A stretch of DNA of 64,000 nt from Dudresnaya verticillata (Eukaryota), in NCBI GenBank assembly GCA_977862235.1, contig OZ374557.1, forward strand, positions 3,658,001 to 3,722,000. The letters run 5' to 3'. The notes below the pieces were generated by a model. It worked only from the letters and a program-made list of their open reading frames with translations. It did no database searches and had not been told where the DNA came from. The translations under genes were made by a program, and so were the position numbers. Positions 23,501-35,001 of the stretch are shown here, piece by piece. Position 1 is the stretch's first letter. Every line of letters begins with the position of its first letter.

Positions 23501-25095
23501 TCTTATGCCTATCCTCCGGTGAAACCGGAATCTGCCAGTAGCCCGAGTTGCAATCCAAGGTCGTGAAATATTGGGCTTCGCCCAAAGAGTCCAGACACTC
23601 GTCCATGCGTGGCAGAGGATATGTATCCTTCATTGTTATCGCGTTAAGCTTGCGATAGTCAACGCAAAAGCGGAGTGACCCGTCGGGCTTCTTAACCAAG
23701 ACGACGGGGCTCTCAAACACAGAGCGTGCAGGCTCTATAACGCCTTCTTTGAGCATTTTGTCGACCTCATCCTGTTCTGCTTGACGGGCTCTAGGGCCCG
23801 ACCGGTACGGTTGCGTAAACACAGGTTTCGAACCTTCTTGAAGCTCAATACGGTGTTCGGTCACCTTAATGGTTCCGAGTTGTCCGTCCCACATACCGGC
23901 GAACGGTTTAAGCATTTTGCGCACGCGACGCCGATCCGAAGTGGACAGGTGTTCCAGCGCGAGGTCATCGACCGTAATAGTGGTTGTCGCTGATGTCGCG
24001 ATTTTGATTCCAGGCTTAGAGTCTATATCCGTCTTCAGAGCAGCAGCAAGCCACGCCCCCCTACATCGGAAAATGTTTCGGACGAGGGAAGCGTGTCACT
24101 GTCAGGAACATTATCCTCGATGGAGACAGTGTAGACCGGCGTCTGCGTGGGCGCCAGTACAGCCTTTCCAAGGCTTTGATTCTTGGAAAGCCGTTGAGGA
24201 CGCGAAGAAAAGTTCGCGACCTTGACGTGAAAGAGCCGGTTCTCTTGAATGTTGACGATTCCATTCGTCAAAACACGACTTGTCGGCGCTCGTATAAGCG
24301 GGGTAGGGATTCCAGTAAATGTGTCCCTTTGGCGGAGCAGGTAACAGGAACCCATGACTCACTGCCGGGCAGTAAAGTAGTAGTTTGTGCGACGCGAAGG
24401 AGTCGCGAGGTAGGTAACGGGGGAACGTCCATTGGTTCGTCAGACCTGCCTTCACGAGGTATACCGCATCAGCGGCGTAGAATTGGGTGAATGGACCCGT
24501 CGCGAAGAACCATGTTCTGTTGGCGGACGCGTAACCCTTCCACGTGGGTATCGATAAATGTGCAACCCAATATGGCATCTACTGCCAATGCCCTTACGAC
24601 AACAAAAGGTTGCCGAACCGTGTAGGACCCGAGCCTGATTATCAGGGAGACCGTTCCCAATGTAGTTAGTCCGTGACTTGACGCGGAGGTCAAGTTCACA
24701 ATTGACCGTGTTGTAGAAATCCGTTTCTTGTCTTTCGGTGATAGAACATCCGCGCGGATGAGATTAGGGCCTGCCCCTGTATCCAGTACGGAGAGCACAC
24801 GAGTAAGATCGTCAACAGAAGTCCCGATGGACGCAGCTACTTTATAATTGTAGCGCGACAAGGAGCAAACGGGATCCTTACAATACTCGTGATACTTCCG
24901 TCCGGAGGGTAAGCCCACGGGACGCGCTAAGATCTTCTTGGGAAGAGAAGTGACAGATTCACTAACAACCGGTCGATTCGTTGATGAGAAGCTTTCGAAG
25001 CTGTAGCTCGAGGAGCTGGATTCAACGCACCGATCGGGGGGTTCCGGTGTCACCTGTGATATGTGGTGTACCGAAACCGGTTCCCCCCTCGCTAG
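20565..25095 (-). CDS. pol: Pol of element C: PR (frameshifted pieces) plus uninterrupted 1119-aa RT-RNase H-integrase-chromodomain
   Basis: LDTGAGPNLI (24469-25053); YLDD, DTDACD, HPGG..CVKC, QTNGQTER, YRVRW..DTWEP; the integrase second Asp reads LSGNG, possibly inactive. Confidence 0.93.
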
Positions 25096-25101
25096 TTTTT
25101 T
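25095..25101 (-). promoter_or_regulatory. -1 ribosomal frameshift slippery site A AAA AAC at the gag stop of C
   Basis: GCA AAA AAC TAG; the -1 frame runs LARGEPVSVHHISQ into the protease ORF; a GGGGGG..CCGGT/ACCGG..CCCCCC stem follows. Confidence 0.8.
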
Positions 25102-26665
25102 GCCTTCATTGCGGGCGACCGCGGTAGCGGTGGAGGTGGTGGAAAGGGACGAGACCCTTGGCGTGGTGACCTGGGCGTTTGCCTCGGAGCGTCGATGGGG
25201 TGGTTCAGTCGAGGTTGAAATTGAACCTGTCGATTTCCCCCTTGACTTGCACCCAAATTTTGACGGAGATCCATTCGTTGCCCTATGGGCGGCCCGGCGG
25301 GCCCTCGCTCGTTAGCGAACTCCGGCAGTCGGCCAACGGTCGCCAGCCACGCTTTTTGCTCGTGTGATAGTTGATGAAACTGTCTTCTTTTTAAAGTCTC
25401 AAAAGACTGCTCATCGGTTCGAGCCAAATGCGGACAGTTGGACTTTTTATGGCCAATGCCGTAGTATTCGAAGCAGATATCATTGGGTTGGTCTTCAACC
25501 GTCACCCACCCAGGGCGTTGAGTCCTGTTTGGCTGTGCCCAGTCTGGGAGCCTATTATTGTAGTTCTGCAGTACCGCGTCAACTTCACCGTGATACGGGT
25601 GGTCGTAGTAATACTGTGTCGACCACGAATCCGATTGGGTCGCTGTTGATGGTGGCGCTTCGTTAGCGATGGCAGCTACGACTGCGTCTTCGCTTTCCGC
25701 ATCAGAGCCGCTGCTCTTTGAAGTATCCGAATCGGAGGCGGATGCATCCTTCGCCTGGCGAATTGGGAGCGCCCGCCCTGACTTGTGGGTACGAACCTTC
25801 TTTAAGGTCTTCCTTGGTAGCGTCCTATTCGCTTTTGGCGTTCGTCCGCCACCCACTAGCGCCCGATGGGAATCTCCCTGTGCAGTCGCAAGCTCGACGT
25901 AATCCGCCAGTCTGGCAGTCCTTGGGTCCAAGGACAAGGTACTGAAAAACGGCTTCACCGCTGGTAACAACCCCCGAATAAACCTGGGTATCAAGTCTTG
26001 TTCGGTGTACACCCCAGCGACTCGACACGCTTTGTTCTGCAACCTTCTCGAAAAGGTTACTTCGTCCTCATCTGGCTCCTGCGCCATGGTGTCCATCTCA
26101 GAGGCAATCCTCTCAATATAGACGTCCTTGGCATATGTCCGAAGAAGGTAATTCACGGCTTCGGGCCATTCGGTGAAACCACCATTGTCGTCACCCGCAG
26201 CGTCAAAATTCGCTTCAAACATATCCTTCGCATCCTTCTCGAGGAACTCGGGGATGACGACGATAGTGGCACCTTTGCTGATATGGGCTTGATCGAGCTG
26301 CCTCTTAAGCGTGGCTAAGAAGCCAATACTTGACACCGGGTCACTCCTGTCAAAACGGCGACTCCGCATAACGGACTTGACACGTTTGATATTCTTCGTG
26401 GTCGCCTCGGTCACCTCGGGCCCGCGGTAATCATCCAGGTTCAATAACCTATACCTTCTATAGGACAAAACCTGTATGAAGGCAGGATTCCGAGGAGTCA
26501 GCTCCTTAACACCGGAACGTCGGGGACCCCTCCAGGAAGACCATGACGGTCTAGAATGCGAACGGGAACCCGGTCCTTCTTCATCCGAGGGACCCGGATT
26601 AGGGTGAGACCCTGACCGAGGATTCTCCTCGTGACGATGGCTTGAATATCTGTCACGATGAGAAT

Positions 26666-27606
26666 TGTGGCATAGACGTCAGGTCGAACTGACGTCTAGC
26701 TGCGCTGGTCGATCAGTCGCACCCAGACCCGTTGAAGGGTGGTAGCTGTGGTGGTAGAGAGGTGGTGTCGGCCGCGCGCGCCGTCGACGGTCGCGGATCA
26801 ACGGCGTCGAAGCCTGAGCGCGCACGGGGCGTACCGTACGCGGGCGGCAGCGGCCGGATCCCTGCGTCCCCGTCGTGGGGCGGCACGAAGCCGACGGTAG
26901 GGAAAGGAAGAGGAAAGCCTAGACGGCTAGGGAAAGAGGGAAGCCGTAGGGCGAAGGACTTGGGAAAGAAACCCAAAGAAGAAAGGGCAAGCCTGGCGTA
27001 GGCTGGCTTGCCTGGTTTACTGAAGCCCAGAGGGGCGACTACTAGATATATTACAGGGCCTGCGGCGGCACCAAACCGGGAGGTGCGCCGGCGCGCTCCA
27101 ACACGCGTCGACGCGTACGGGTAACGGTAACCCGGGGGCGCGCGTAGGCGAAACGGTCCACACGTACTCAACGGCTCGACGCCAGAGTACGCACGCGCGT
27201 GTCACGCACTCAACGGCTCTGCGCCGGAGTGCGTGCGCACAGCGCGCAGGACAGCAGGGCGTTCGACCGCCGCTTACACTAGACAGTGCTGTACACTACA
27301 AAACAATAAACGTAGAAATTACATGGGAGTTTCAGTGTCACACGCGAACGCGTGCACACGTGGGCGCCACTGCGCCCTCCCTTACAGTTCAGCGGGGCTT
27401 CGGCGCCACCGGCTGACAGCGTGCGCACAGCAGCGCACACGTGGCGCAGCTGGTCTTACAGCTGCGCGCGCCACTGCGCACTTCCTTACAGTTCAGCGGG
27501 GCTTCGGCGCCACCGGCTGACAGCGTGCGCACAGCATTGCACACGTGGCGCAGCTGGTCTTACAGCTGCGCGTGCGTGGCACAGCTGGTCTTACAGCTAT
27601 GCCACA
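26666..27606 (-). mobile_element. Solo LTR (family D, 941 bp) inserted in gag of C, TSD AGAAT
   Basis: 10-bp inverted termini tgtggcatag/ctatgccaca; AGAAT at 26661-26665 and 27607-27611; internal ~104-bp tandem duplication. Confidence 0.95.
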
Positions 27607-29221
27607 AGAATCAACTTGGTCGCGGTGTGCAGAAGACCCAATTGGTCTGGTGCACTTGCAACCCTGTTGGCAACGGCCTCCATCTCCTTCAGCTTGGGAC
27701 CGACTGTCCGACCCCCTATCGGGTAGCCTCCTACGCCTGTCGCGCGTACCGCGAGGCACTGGTGAGCGCCGTCTCATGACTTCAGGGATATTATCACTCT
27801 CGCGGATTACGCGCCGCATCTGCAATTCCAGAAAAGCGACACGACGCTTCTCCTCATCGAGTTCTTTCCTTAGGACCTGGATGCCTCTGTCCTGTTCAAC
27901 GCACCGTGCGTTGTCCACGTTAAATTGAACGTCCGCAATAGCCATTGCGGCTTCTGTCCTGGAAAGGTCGGCAGCCTTCGTGGCTTCATCTAATTCAAGG
28001 TGAACCGATTCCAATTGGTCCCCCAATGAGTCCACTTGGGCTTCTAGGGTCTCGACCCTTTCCTCTTCTAAACCCCTCCTCAGGGGCGTTGTTGGCAACG
28101 AGAATTGACCATTTCTTGGCACTTAGCCAGTAGCTGGTCCTCTCGACGCGCGGTGGCGTCGTCGAAATAGCGTTTCACCCGTGTGAGGGTTTCATCCGCC
28201 TGGCTTTCAAGCAGCGCCAATACGCTAGTTCCGAGAGTATTCTCGATGCCGGTCTCAACCAATTGACCGATCTCACGCTCAGTGAAGCACCGTTGGTCGG
28301 TTGAGTTTGCCTTCGTTCTCATCGGCATTCCGATATCGGGTGGAAGCGATGAAGTCGTTTCTTCTTCTAAGGCCAGTCCGCCTGTGTCATGCTGGCTGTA
28401 ACCAGCTTGAAGCATCGGCGGTGGCAGCATACTAAGGTCCGGACCCGCATTCGTACCGATGTTAGCGGTGCTTGCGGCTGCAGTCCGGGCTGTATTTTCT
28501 CCTTCAGGGATCTGTCCCTTTCCATGGGCAGACGGGTCTTGATCTTCGTCTCCTGGTGCGCCCGCCATTCGGGGCGGGCGCTCCACTTCTCCTACTGTAG
28601 GGCCTCGAGCCAAAGCGGCTATTACAGCACGGGTTCTTGCTCCCGTGGTCCTCACGGAGGATAAGCTGCCGGTACGGCTACCACCCCGGCTTGTTAAGCC
28701 TGGGCGGGTGGTTTCACCGTTAGATGTCGGCATCTTCTAAACAAGGTTGTTATCGACAACCTTAAAACATAGGATTCGGTCCTGTGGTTGCACTAATCGG
28801 GGAACTTATTCCTGGGATGGCAAACTTCTCAGAACCGTAGTTCTCGGGGTTACGGGCGATTCTGTCCGCGTGGAACCCCCAACGCGCGCGCCCGCACAGC
28901 CTGTATTCAGACGTATTTTTGATGACAGGTATTACGATAACCTGCAGGAAGAGTTCCTTGAAGGGGCGTCACTCCACGACCAGGATCTTGTTCCTTGTAC
29001 CCGATTAAAAACCGCAGAAGCGCTGGCAGTTGCTTGCCTCGAATTTGACGCAACTTCGAAGCTTGATATGAAGTTGAGAAACCGTGGACACTTGGCCGAC
29101 TAGGATTTCACCCTCAGGAAGTAGTTCCTTGGATTCTTGCACGGGGAATTCTCGTCCCGTGGGAAGGTCCGAACGACGACTTGCGGATGAGGTAGTAAAA
29201 CGGGGCCGATCCTGAAAACGA

Positions 29222-29239
29222 TTCTAGGTCGGGAGACCA
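29222..29239 (-). promoter_or_regulatory. Primer binding site of C (tRNA-Tyr-like)
   Basis: TGGTCTCCCGACCTAGAA, 1 nt from the 5' LTR. Confidence 0.88.
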
Positions 29240-29240
29240 C

Positions 29241-29883
29241 TGTAGTAGTATGGCACGTCAAGGCAGAAACCCACCAACCGGCAAGGACAGCTGTCCTGAC
29301 GGTGCACAACACACTAGCTTAGGTAGCTCGGGGAAAGGGGTTGGTAGAGTCTTTGAAAGGCACAGAGCCTAAGGGAAAAGGGGAAAAGGGGCGGCGCCAC
29401 CCAGCTCGCACAGAGCAACCGTCGTGTGAAGGCAAGGCTCGTAAAGCACCTGAAAGGGAGCTTACGGTGAGTCCGTGAATTCCAGAAAAAGGGTAAAGAC
29501 CCGAAACCCACCGGGGGTCTATTCAGGAGGCCCCTGCTACTCAGGGGCCTATTAAGTATACAGAGCCGAAAATGCTCTTACCTCCTATGAGCTATTCTAA
29601 GCTATTCTAACTGTCATTATTAATCTAATTGTACTGTTGTCAGTTATAAATACGGATTAGTGGTAGTACCGCGTCGGGACGCGTGAGCGGCCACAATAAA
29701 TTACCCAATGGCAATTTGCTATCAATTTTGGTGCCAGCAGGGACGCAAGCGGGGCGCATCGCCCTTACAGCGCACGGTGCTTGTGCGCGCCTTACAACTT
29801 GATGCGCGTGGGCGTCTTACACCTTAATGCGCACAAATGACTTACAGTGCGCCAGCACTCCTGCTGCGGCTCATTCTTCCACA
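29241..29883 (-). repeat. 5' LTR of element C
   Basis: Direct repeat of 15661-16303, adjacent to the PBS and TSD. Confidence 0.97.
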
Positions 29884-30166
29884 GATGGGTGAGGGGGGGT
29901 GCTTGGTACGGTTCGGTAAGGGGTGGGAGTCGTACAGTAGGTGGTCCTGGTATATGCTCGTACTCGCCGAAATGGGCGTTTTAGCCGGAGCTGATAGATG
30001 TGAGCCCGGGAATGCCAAATATGACATTAGAAATACAGAATTTTGGCACCTTTATTTGCCCGCACTGATAGAGATGCTCTTAAAGAACAACGTTTCTCCA
30101 CATCCATGGCCTGACAAGTCCTCTCACCCGACCCCGCCTTCATACTAAATCGAGTTCAGGGGGGTA

Positions 30167-30665
30167 CAGCCAACTCGCGATAATTGAATGACCGATAAAT
30201 ACATAATCCCGATATTCGAATACAGTTTACGTTTCCCGACATGGGAAGCAGCAAAAATAACTTAAATAGCCACATTATGTTCTCCCGCTATTTGAATTGA
30301 GAATTTCAGGACGGCGCAGCATTGAAATCGCTCTCCTAGACCTGCTGGGGGTTGGGAGTGTAGCATCCCGAACGGAAGAGGACAAAAAGTCTCGCGCTTC
30401 GCGCGCAGACTACCGCTGCTTCCCGCCAGAGCTCTAGATCGGCTTCTTATATGTCGTTTGTAGCGCCATCTGCGCCTTGCCGCAGCGCGCGATGCCCATC
30501 AATCCACTCTCGATGACTTCATTCAGTAGCGTAGTGCTCTATTCTGTAAGTAAATGTGCTCTCATGCTGTAATATGCTTTGTCATACACATCCGACATTT
30601 GGATTCTCGCGATAACTGAATAGAAACATGTCGACCGTCATTATTCATTTATCGCGAGTTGGCTG
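30167..30665. mobile_element. Non-autonomous Tc1/mariner (pogo-like) MITE, 499 bp, TA TSD
   Basis: TIR cagccaactcgcgataattgaat / attcatttatcgcgagttggctg (1 mismatch), TA on both sides, no ORF. Confidence 0.85.
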
Positions 30666-31067
30666 TAGTACCTGGCATTTCCAGGGGCAGGCCACCATAG
30701 ATGAGTAATGAGTGTTACCACAAGAGAGATATGCACTTTATTCAACGAGATACTACTAGCCCCATAAGGGGGCTAGAAGAATCACCACAAGAAAGTCAAA
30801 TGAGAAGCCAATGGGAAGACAGATTGTGAGTCAACAGACAGCAGTCAGTTTGTTGTCTGTTGAGCTCATCTCAGAGTGGCGGTTAAGAAAGGTGCACATC
30901 TTAGCAGTTGAGTCTTGCGATAGTGCTTTCAACGGAACAGAGATGACCTAAACGGTTTGTCTTTCAACCGTATCGTCTTCTTCGAGACGTATCCACCAAT
31001 GCAAATTCAATTGGCGACAGAATAAGCTCCCCCATCGATTACGCAAGTTCACAAGTACAGGTACATT

Positions 31068-32088
31068 ATGGAGTTGAAGATTTGGGCTTTTCCACAAGGC
31101 TCGTTCTCGAAAATCACTCATGCAGTCCTATGTCTGTCTGTTGGTTCTATGTTGATTTCAATGCACCATCGAGGTTCCCTTCGGACACCAAATATGGAGA
31201 GCCCCTGCACCTGCAACGGCGAAAACCCTTTCCTTACCGTACTCTTGTGCTGAAGTGTTGGCTGTAGACAGAGATGAATTGGAACAGAACGCGCAGATAT
31301 CCGTCAATTACCCGTCTACGACGTGCGAACGGATTATCCTGAGGAGAGCAGACACTGCCTCAACATGGAGGCGTGCTACGTGGTCGAAGGTAGATGTGTT
31401 GTATGAAAACCAAGAATTGATGAAGGGTTATGACTTTGTTGTAGTTCGAGACATTGATACAAAAGTTAACGCGTCGCATCTGATGCACGTATTGCCGAGG
31501 AATGGAAAGAAGCGGTTTGTGATTGGATTTATCAAAACTAGTGACCGGGAGGATTGCTCGGATGTTCTTGCAGTAACAAACTGGTTTGCATTCTGGACGG
31601 ATAGTAAGCTGTTGAATGCTTGGAGAAAGTCGAAGAGAACACATTCGAATCAGGTTGTTTTCAATACCAAGTTCACACCGTGCTGCCGCGAGGATGTTCT
31701 TTGTATGGACAAATGTGAGACGGGTTTGAACGAAGTACACTGTAGACGGTGGATGGCTGTGAATGCTAAGGTTCATGACTATTCGCAGGATGACTGCATA
31801 CGAAATCGGAGGGTACCAGATCACAGATTCTATTCTGTATACGGGACGTACAAATGTGTTGACGGTCGCAGCTACACACAAATCTGGAAGTGTGGGAGCG
31901 GTGGGGGATGGTTAGTCAGTTTTGCGCGACAGAAAAGCAACATGTTATTCTGGTCATTCTGTTCAAGCTGGAGTCATTGCTCCTGTTCGGGTTGCGCATC
32001 CGTTGCAGCAGCGGTGAATCGATATAGTGAAGATTACAGTACATGTCAAATCCTTCCGGAAGGGAATGCGAACTTCTCTGGAAGGTAA
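31068..32088 (+). pseudogene. Possible DxD glycosyltransferase (GT34/GT77-like), probably disrupted
   Basis: WSKVDVL...GYDFVVVRDID and NQVVFN motifs in ORF 31255-32088; signal-anchor-like ORF 31068-31253 in another frame. Confidence 0.35.
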
Positions 32089-33412
32089 GGCATTGACTGT
32101 CGTAACGGCGACGATGGCCCAAGCTGGACCCGGTCAGGGCACGTACAAACCCGCTGCTGAGAGGGGTAGGGCAACGTGTGCGTGCCTTACTTGCACGGAG
32201 CGGACTGTACGAGTACCATGTTCGAGAAGAGACTTTGGTCGGATCGTGGTGGCCCAGCGGGGTGCAGCAATCGCGGGGAGGGAGCGGCAGTTCAGCGACG
32301 GTTTTGCCCCTCTCACAGGATGCGCTGTCGCGGCGCGATTGGGCGCGGCGAACGGAAGGCGCCGTGCAAATGCTGTAATGCAGGGACTTCTGTTCTGTAA
32401 GCTGCGGCGTGCCGCGTCAGATCGAAAAGCGGTGCAGGCTGCTCGGCTCGTTGAATGCCAAGCAACATGTTGGGCGTGGGGCGCCGTTGGGGCAAACCCG
32501 ACCGGAGACTGCGCTCCAAACAAGAAAATTGGCTCAGCTACAGTGTAGGGGAAAAGGGCCATTGCATCTAAGAGATGACTGCCGACGCCGCGACGCTGCT
32601 GGTGACGGTGATGGGCCGTTAGCGGTCAGTTGGGGATGCCGCACGAACACCGCGTGCATTGATGAAGAAGAGCGCGATTGCGGCGACTGTTCAACTTGAC
32701 GGTGACGAAGGCAGCGCGATAGACTTGCCCTAACATGCTGCTTCACTTCTACAGTCTCCCTGGACATTATGCCACAGTGCATAACTGCATAGCGCTACCG
32801 CTGGTCGCCCTCCTCATGACGCGGCAAGCTGATCTTTTCTGCTGCTCCATTGACCACAACGCCTATCCTTTGATTAATCGTTTGCATTTTCTTCCTGGAT
32901 AGATACATTTGTTTTCATCAAGATACTTCCATCTTTCGGCACAGGCTGCTGCTCGTTCCACACGACCCCATCGCTATTGCAAGATTCCACTTCCGGCGGC
33001 TTGCTCGGTGCGTCTGTGCCGCATTATGCATGGGAGCCACCCTTGTGGGCTGCTGCCAGGGGAAAACGGCCAAGTGCCCCGAGCTAAGTGCCTTGCGCCG
33101 CATCCATCGTGCTAGTTGCGGAGAAATAACACCACTAAAATTCATTTTAGTGTAGTAGTGTAACATTACTTGCTACGGTTGTAACACTAGCTACTCGTAG
33201 AACACATTCGTTTGGCGCAGCCTTGCTCCCAAAGCGAGTCCCTGTACCCCCAAGTCGCCCCACTCTCGTCTGCCTCTTCGCCCTTCGTCGGGATATGCTT
33301 GTTCCAGACATTTCCTTGTCCCGTGCGGCCACCGCCCGACGAACGCCAGCTCAGTCGTACTCCAAACGCCCCACCAGCCCTGAATAGGGGGGGCTCTCGG
33401 GTCGCACTCTCA

Positions 33413-33456
33413 AAGTTGCCCGGAAGTTGCCCGGGCAACTTCGGATGAGTTGCCCG
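33413..33456. promoter_or_regulatory. AGTTGCCCG motif cluster with a 20-bp palindrome upstream of the MBL gene
   Basis: gaagttgcccgggcaacttc at 33423-33442 plus flanking copies. Confidence 0.45.
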
Positions 33457-33716
33457 ACATCTCCTCCCGCCCGACCCAGATCCCGCAACATCCTTATTGG
33501 CGGCATCAGCCAATAGAACTGCAAAAAAGCTTTTTCTTTGCTATATTATTCATCTATCCGTATTTCTACATTTGTTGCTCAGACAGAATTAGAGTTGCCC
33601 GTACCGGAGATGCCGATGGTTGCTGCTGCTGCGCTTCGTTCATTACTTTCTGCTCCAGCTGAAAAGCAAATGGCCCCGAGTTTTGCGGGCATCTCGCCCG
33701 CGCCACTTCCCTCGCC

Positions 33717-34736
33717 ATGCGCGCCACAGCCTTCCTCCCGTTCCCGCCGCTCGCCGCGCCATCCCGCGCCGCCGGTCCGCATGCCGCCCGCAGCGCGCCG
33801 CGCCCGCGCGCCTGCCCAGCTGCGCCGCCGTGCCTCCTCTCCGCGCGTGCGGCCTCGCAGACCCCGCCGCGACAGCCGCGCACCTCGGCGCCCGCGGCAA
33901 CGCTGACCTCGCTCGCGAACAACTCGTTCACGCTCACCCTCGCCGGAAAGACCCTGCTCATCGACCCGTGGCTACACGACGACCTGGTCTTCCTCACGCC
34001 ATCCTTCTTCCGCGCGTCCAAGCCCCCGTCCGGGCTCGCCGCAGCCGCCGCGCTCGACCTGTCCTCCGTCTCCGCCGTCGTCCTCACGCAGGCGCTCGCC
34101 GACCACGCCCACCCGCCCACCTTGGCCAAGCTCCCGCGCTCCCTCCCAGTCTTCGCCCCACGCGCCGCTGCGCCCCTCCTCACCGCGCTCGGCTTCCGCC
34201 ACGTCACGCTGCTGGAGCCCGGCGATGTCGTCCGCCCGTGCCCAAACGACGCCCCGGATCTCGTCGTCACCGTCGCGAGGGGGAGCCTGGTCGGCCCGCC
34301 GTGGTCCGCCCCGCAGCTCGCATTCCTCTTCGAGGTTGCCGCACCCGACGGTGCCGCAGCCGTGCGCGTCTACCACGAGCCACACGGCAACCATGATGCG
34401 GCCTTTCTGGAGCGTGTGCGCGGAACGCTGGATGCCGTAATGACCCCGCTTGTCTCGACCACTATCCCGGCCCTAGCCGGCTACGCCCTGGTCAACGGCG
34501 TACCTGAGGCCGTGCAGCTGTGCTTGGACGCCCGCCCACGCACCTGTGTCCTCTTCGACAACTCGGGCGGCGCTCAGTCCGGCCTGCTTCCGCGCCTACT
34601 GCGCACTGCGGGCGGGCTGCCCGTCTTCGAGAGCACCGTCGCCGGGGAAGACGCGCTGCGGGACATGCAAGTCGTGCTCGCTCGACCGGGTGTCCCCGTG
34701 CGCATTGTCGGACGCGCTGGTGCTGGCGACGCCTGA
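33717..34736 (+). CDS. Metallo-beta-lactamase-fold hydrolase, likely plastid-targeted
   Basis: NSF...LLIDPWL, VLTQALADHAHPPTL, GSLVGPPW, VYHEPHG; Ala/Pro/Arg-rich transit-peptide-like N-terminus; high GC3. Confidence 0.88.
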   Translation: MRATAFLPFPPLAAPSRAAGPHAARSAPRPRACPAAPPCLLSARAASQTPPRQPRTSAPAATLTSLANNSFTLTLAGKTLLIDPWLHDDLVFLTPSFFRASKPPSGLAAAAALDLSSVSAVVLTQALADHAHPPTLAKLPRSLPVFAPRAAAPLLTALGFRHVTLLEPGDVVRPCPNDAPDLVVTVARGSLVGPPWSAPQLAFLFEVAAPDGAAAVRVYHEPHGNHDAAFLERVRGTLDAVMTPLVSTTIPALAGYALVNGVPEAVQLCLDARPRTCVLFDNSGGAQSGLLPRLLRTAGGLPVFESTVAGEDALRDMQVVLARPGVPVRIVGRAGAGDA

Positions 34737-35001
34737 GTTGGCAGCGTTGGAAGGACGCATTTACGAATACGGGTGCATGTGTGTGTGTGGGCCCGCGCGC
34801 TTTGGGTGGAGAGGGCGGTGTCGTGGTGGTGGCGCCGTGTACGTGGCGGAAGAGGTTGCTATACTATTCTCCGGCGCTGGTGACCACGCAGGTGCAAAGC
34901 GACCGTGTCTTTGCCCCGCTCCGTCGTCTCGTTGCCTCCCCCGAGTTTTTCCAGTTAGTCACGCGTGCCGCTCCCCGTTTCTGGGTATGGCGCGGCTCGC
35001 G

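Larger units (their letters stand above)
25092..28733 (-). pseudogene. gag: Gag of element C, interrupted by a solo LTR and a frameshift
   Basis: ORFs 28080-28733, 27493-28122 (coiled coil), 25092-26468 (AVNYLLRTYA; degenerate knuckle CFEYYGIGHKKSNC). Confidence 0.85.
15661..29883 (-). mobile_element. Full-length Ty3/Gypsy chromodomain retrotransposon C, TSD GATGG
   Basis: Two 643-bp LTRs (TG...CA), GATGG at 15656-15660 and 29884-29888, PBS, PPT, gag, pol. Confidence 0.97.

Noticed and set aside
30005..30690. Possible outer TIR (cccgggaatgcca / tggcatttccagg), with a similar motif near 50287
   Set aside because: Short and imperfect, no TSD identified
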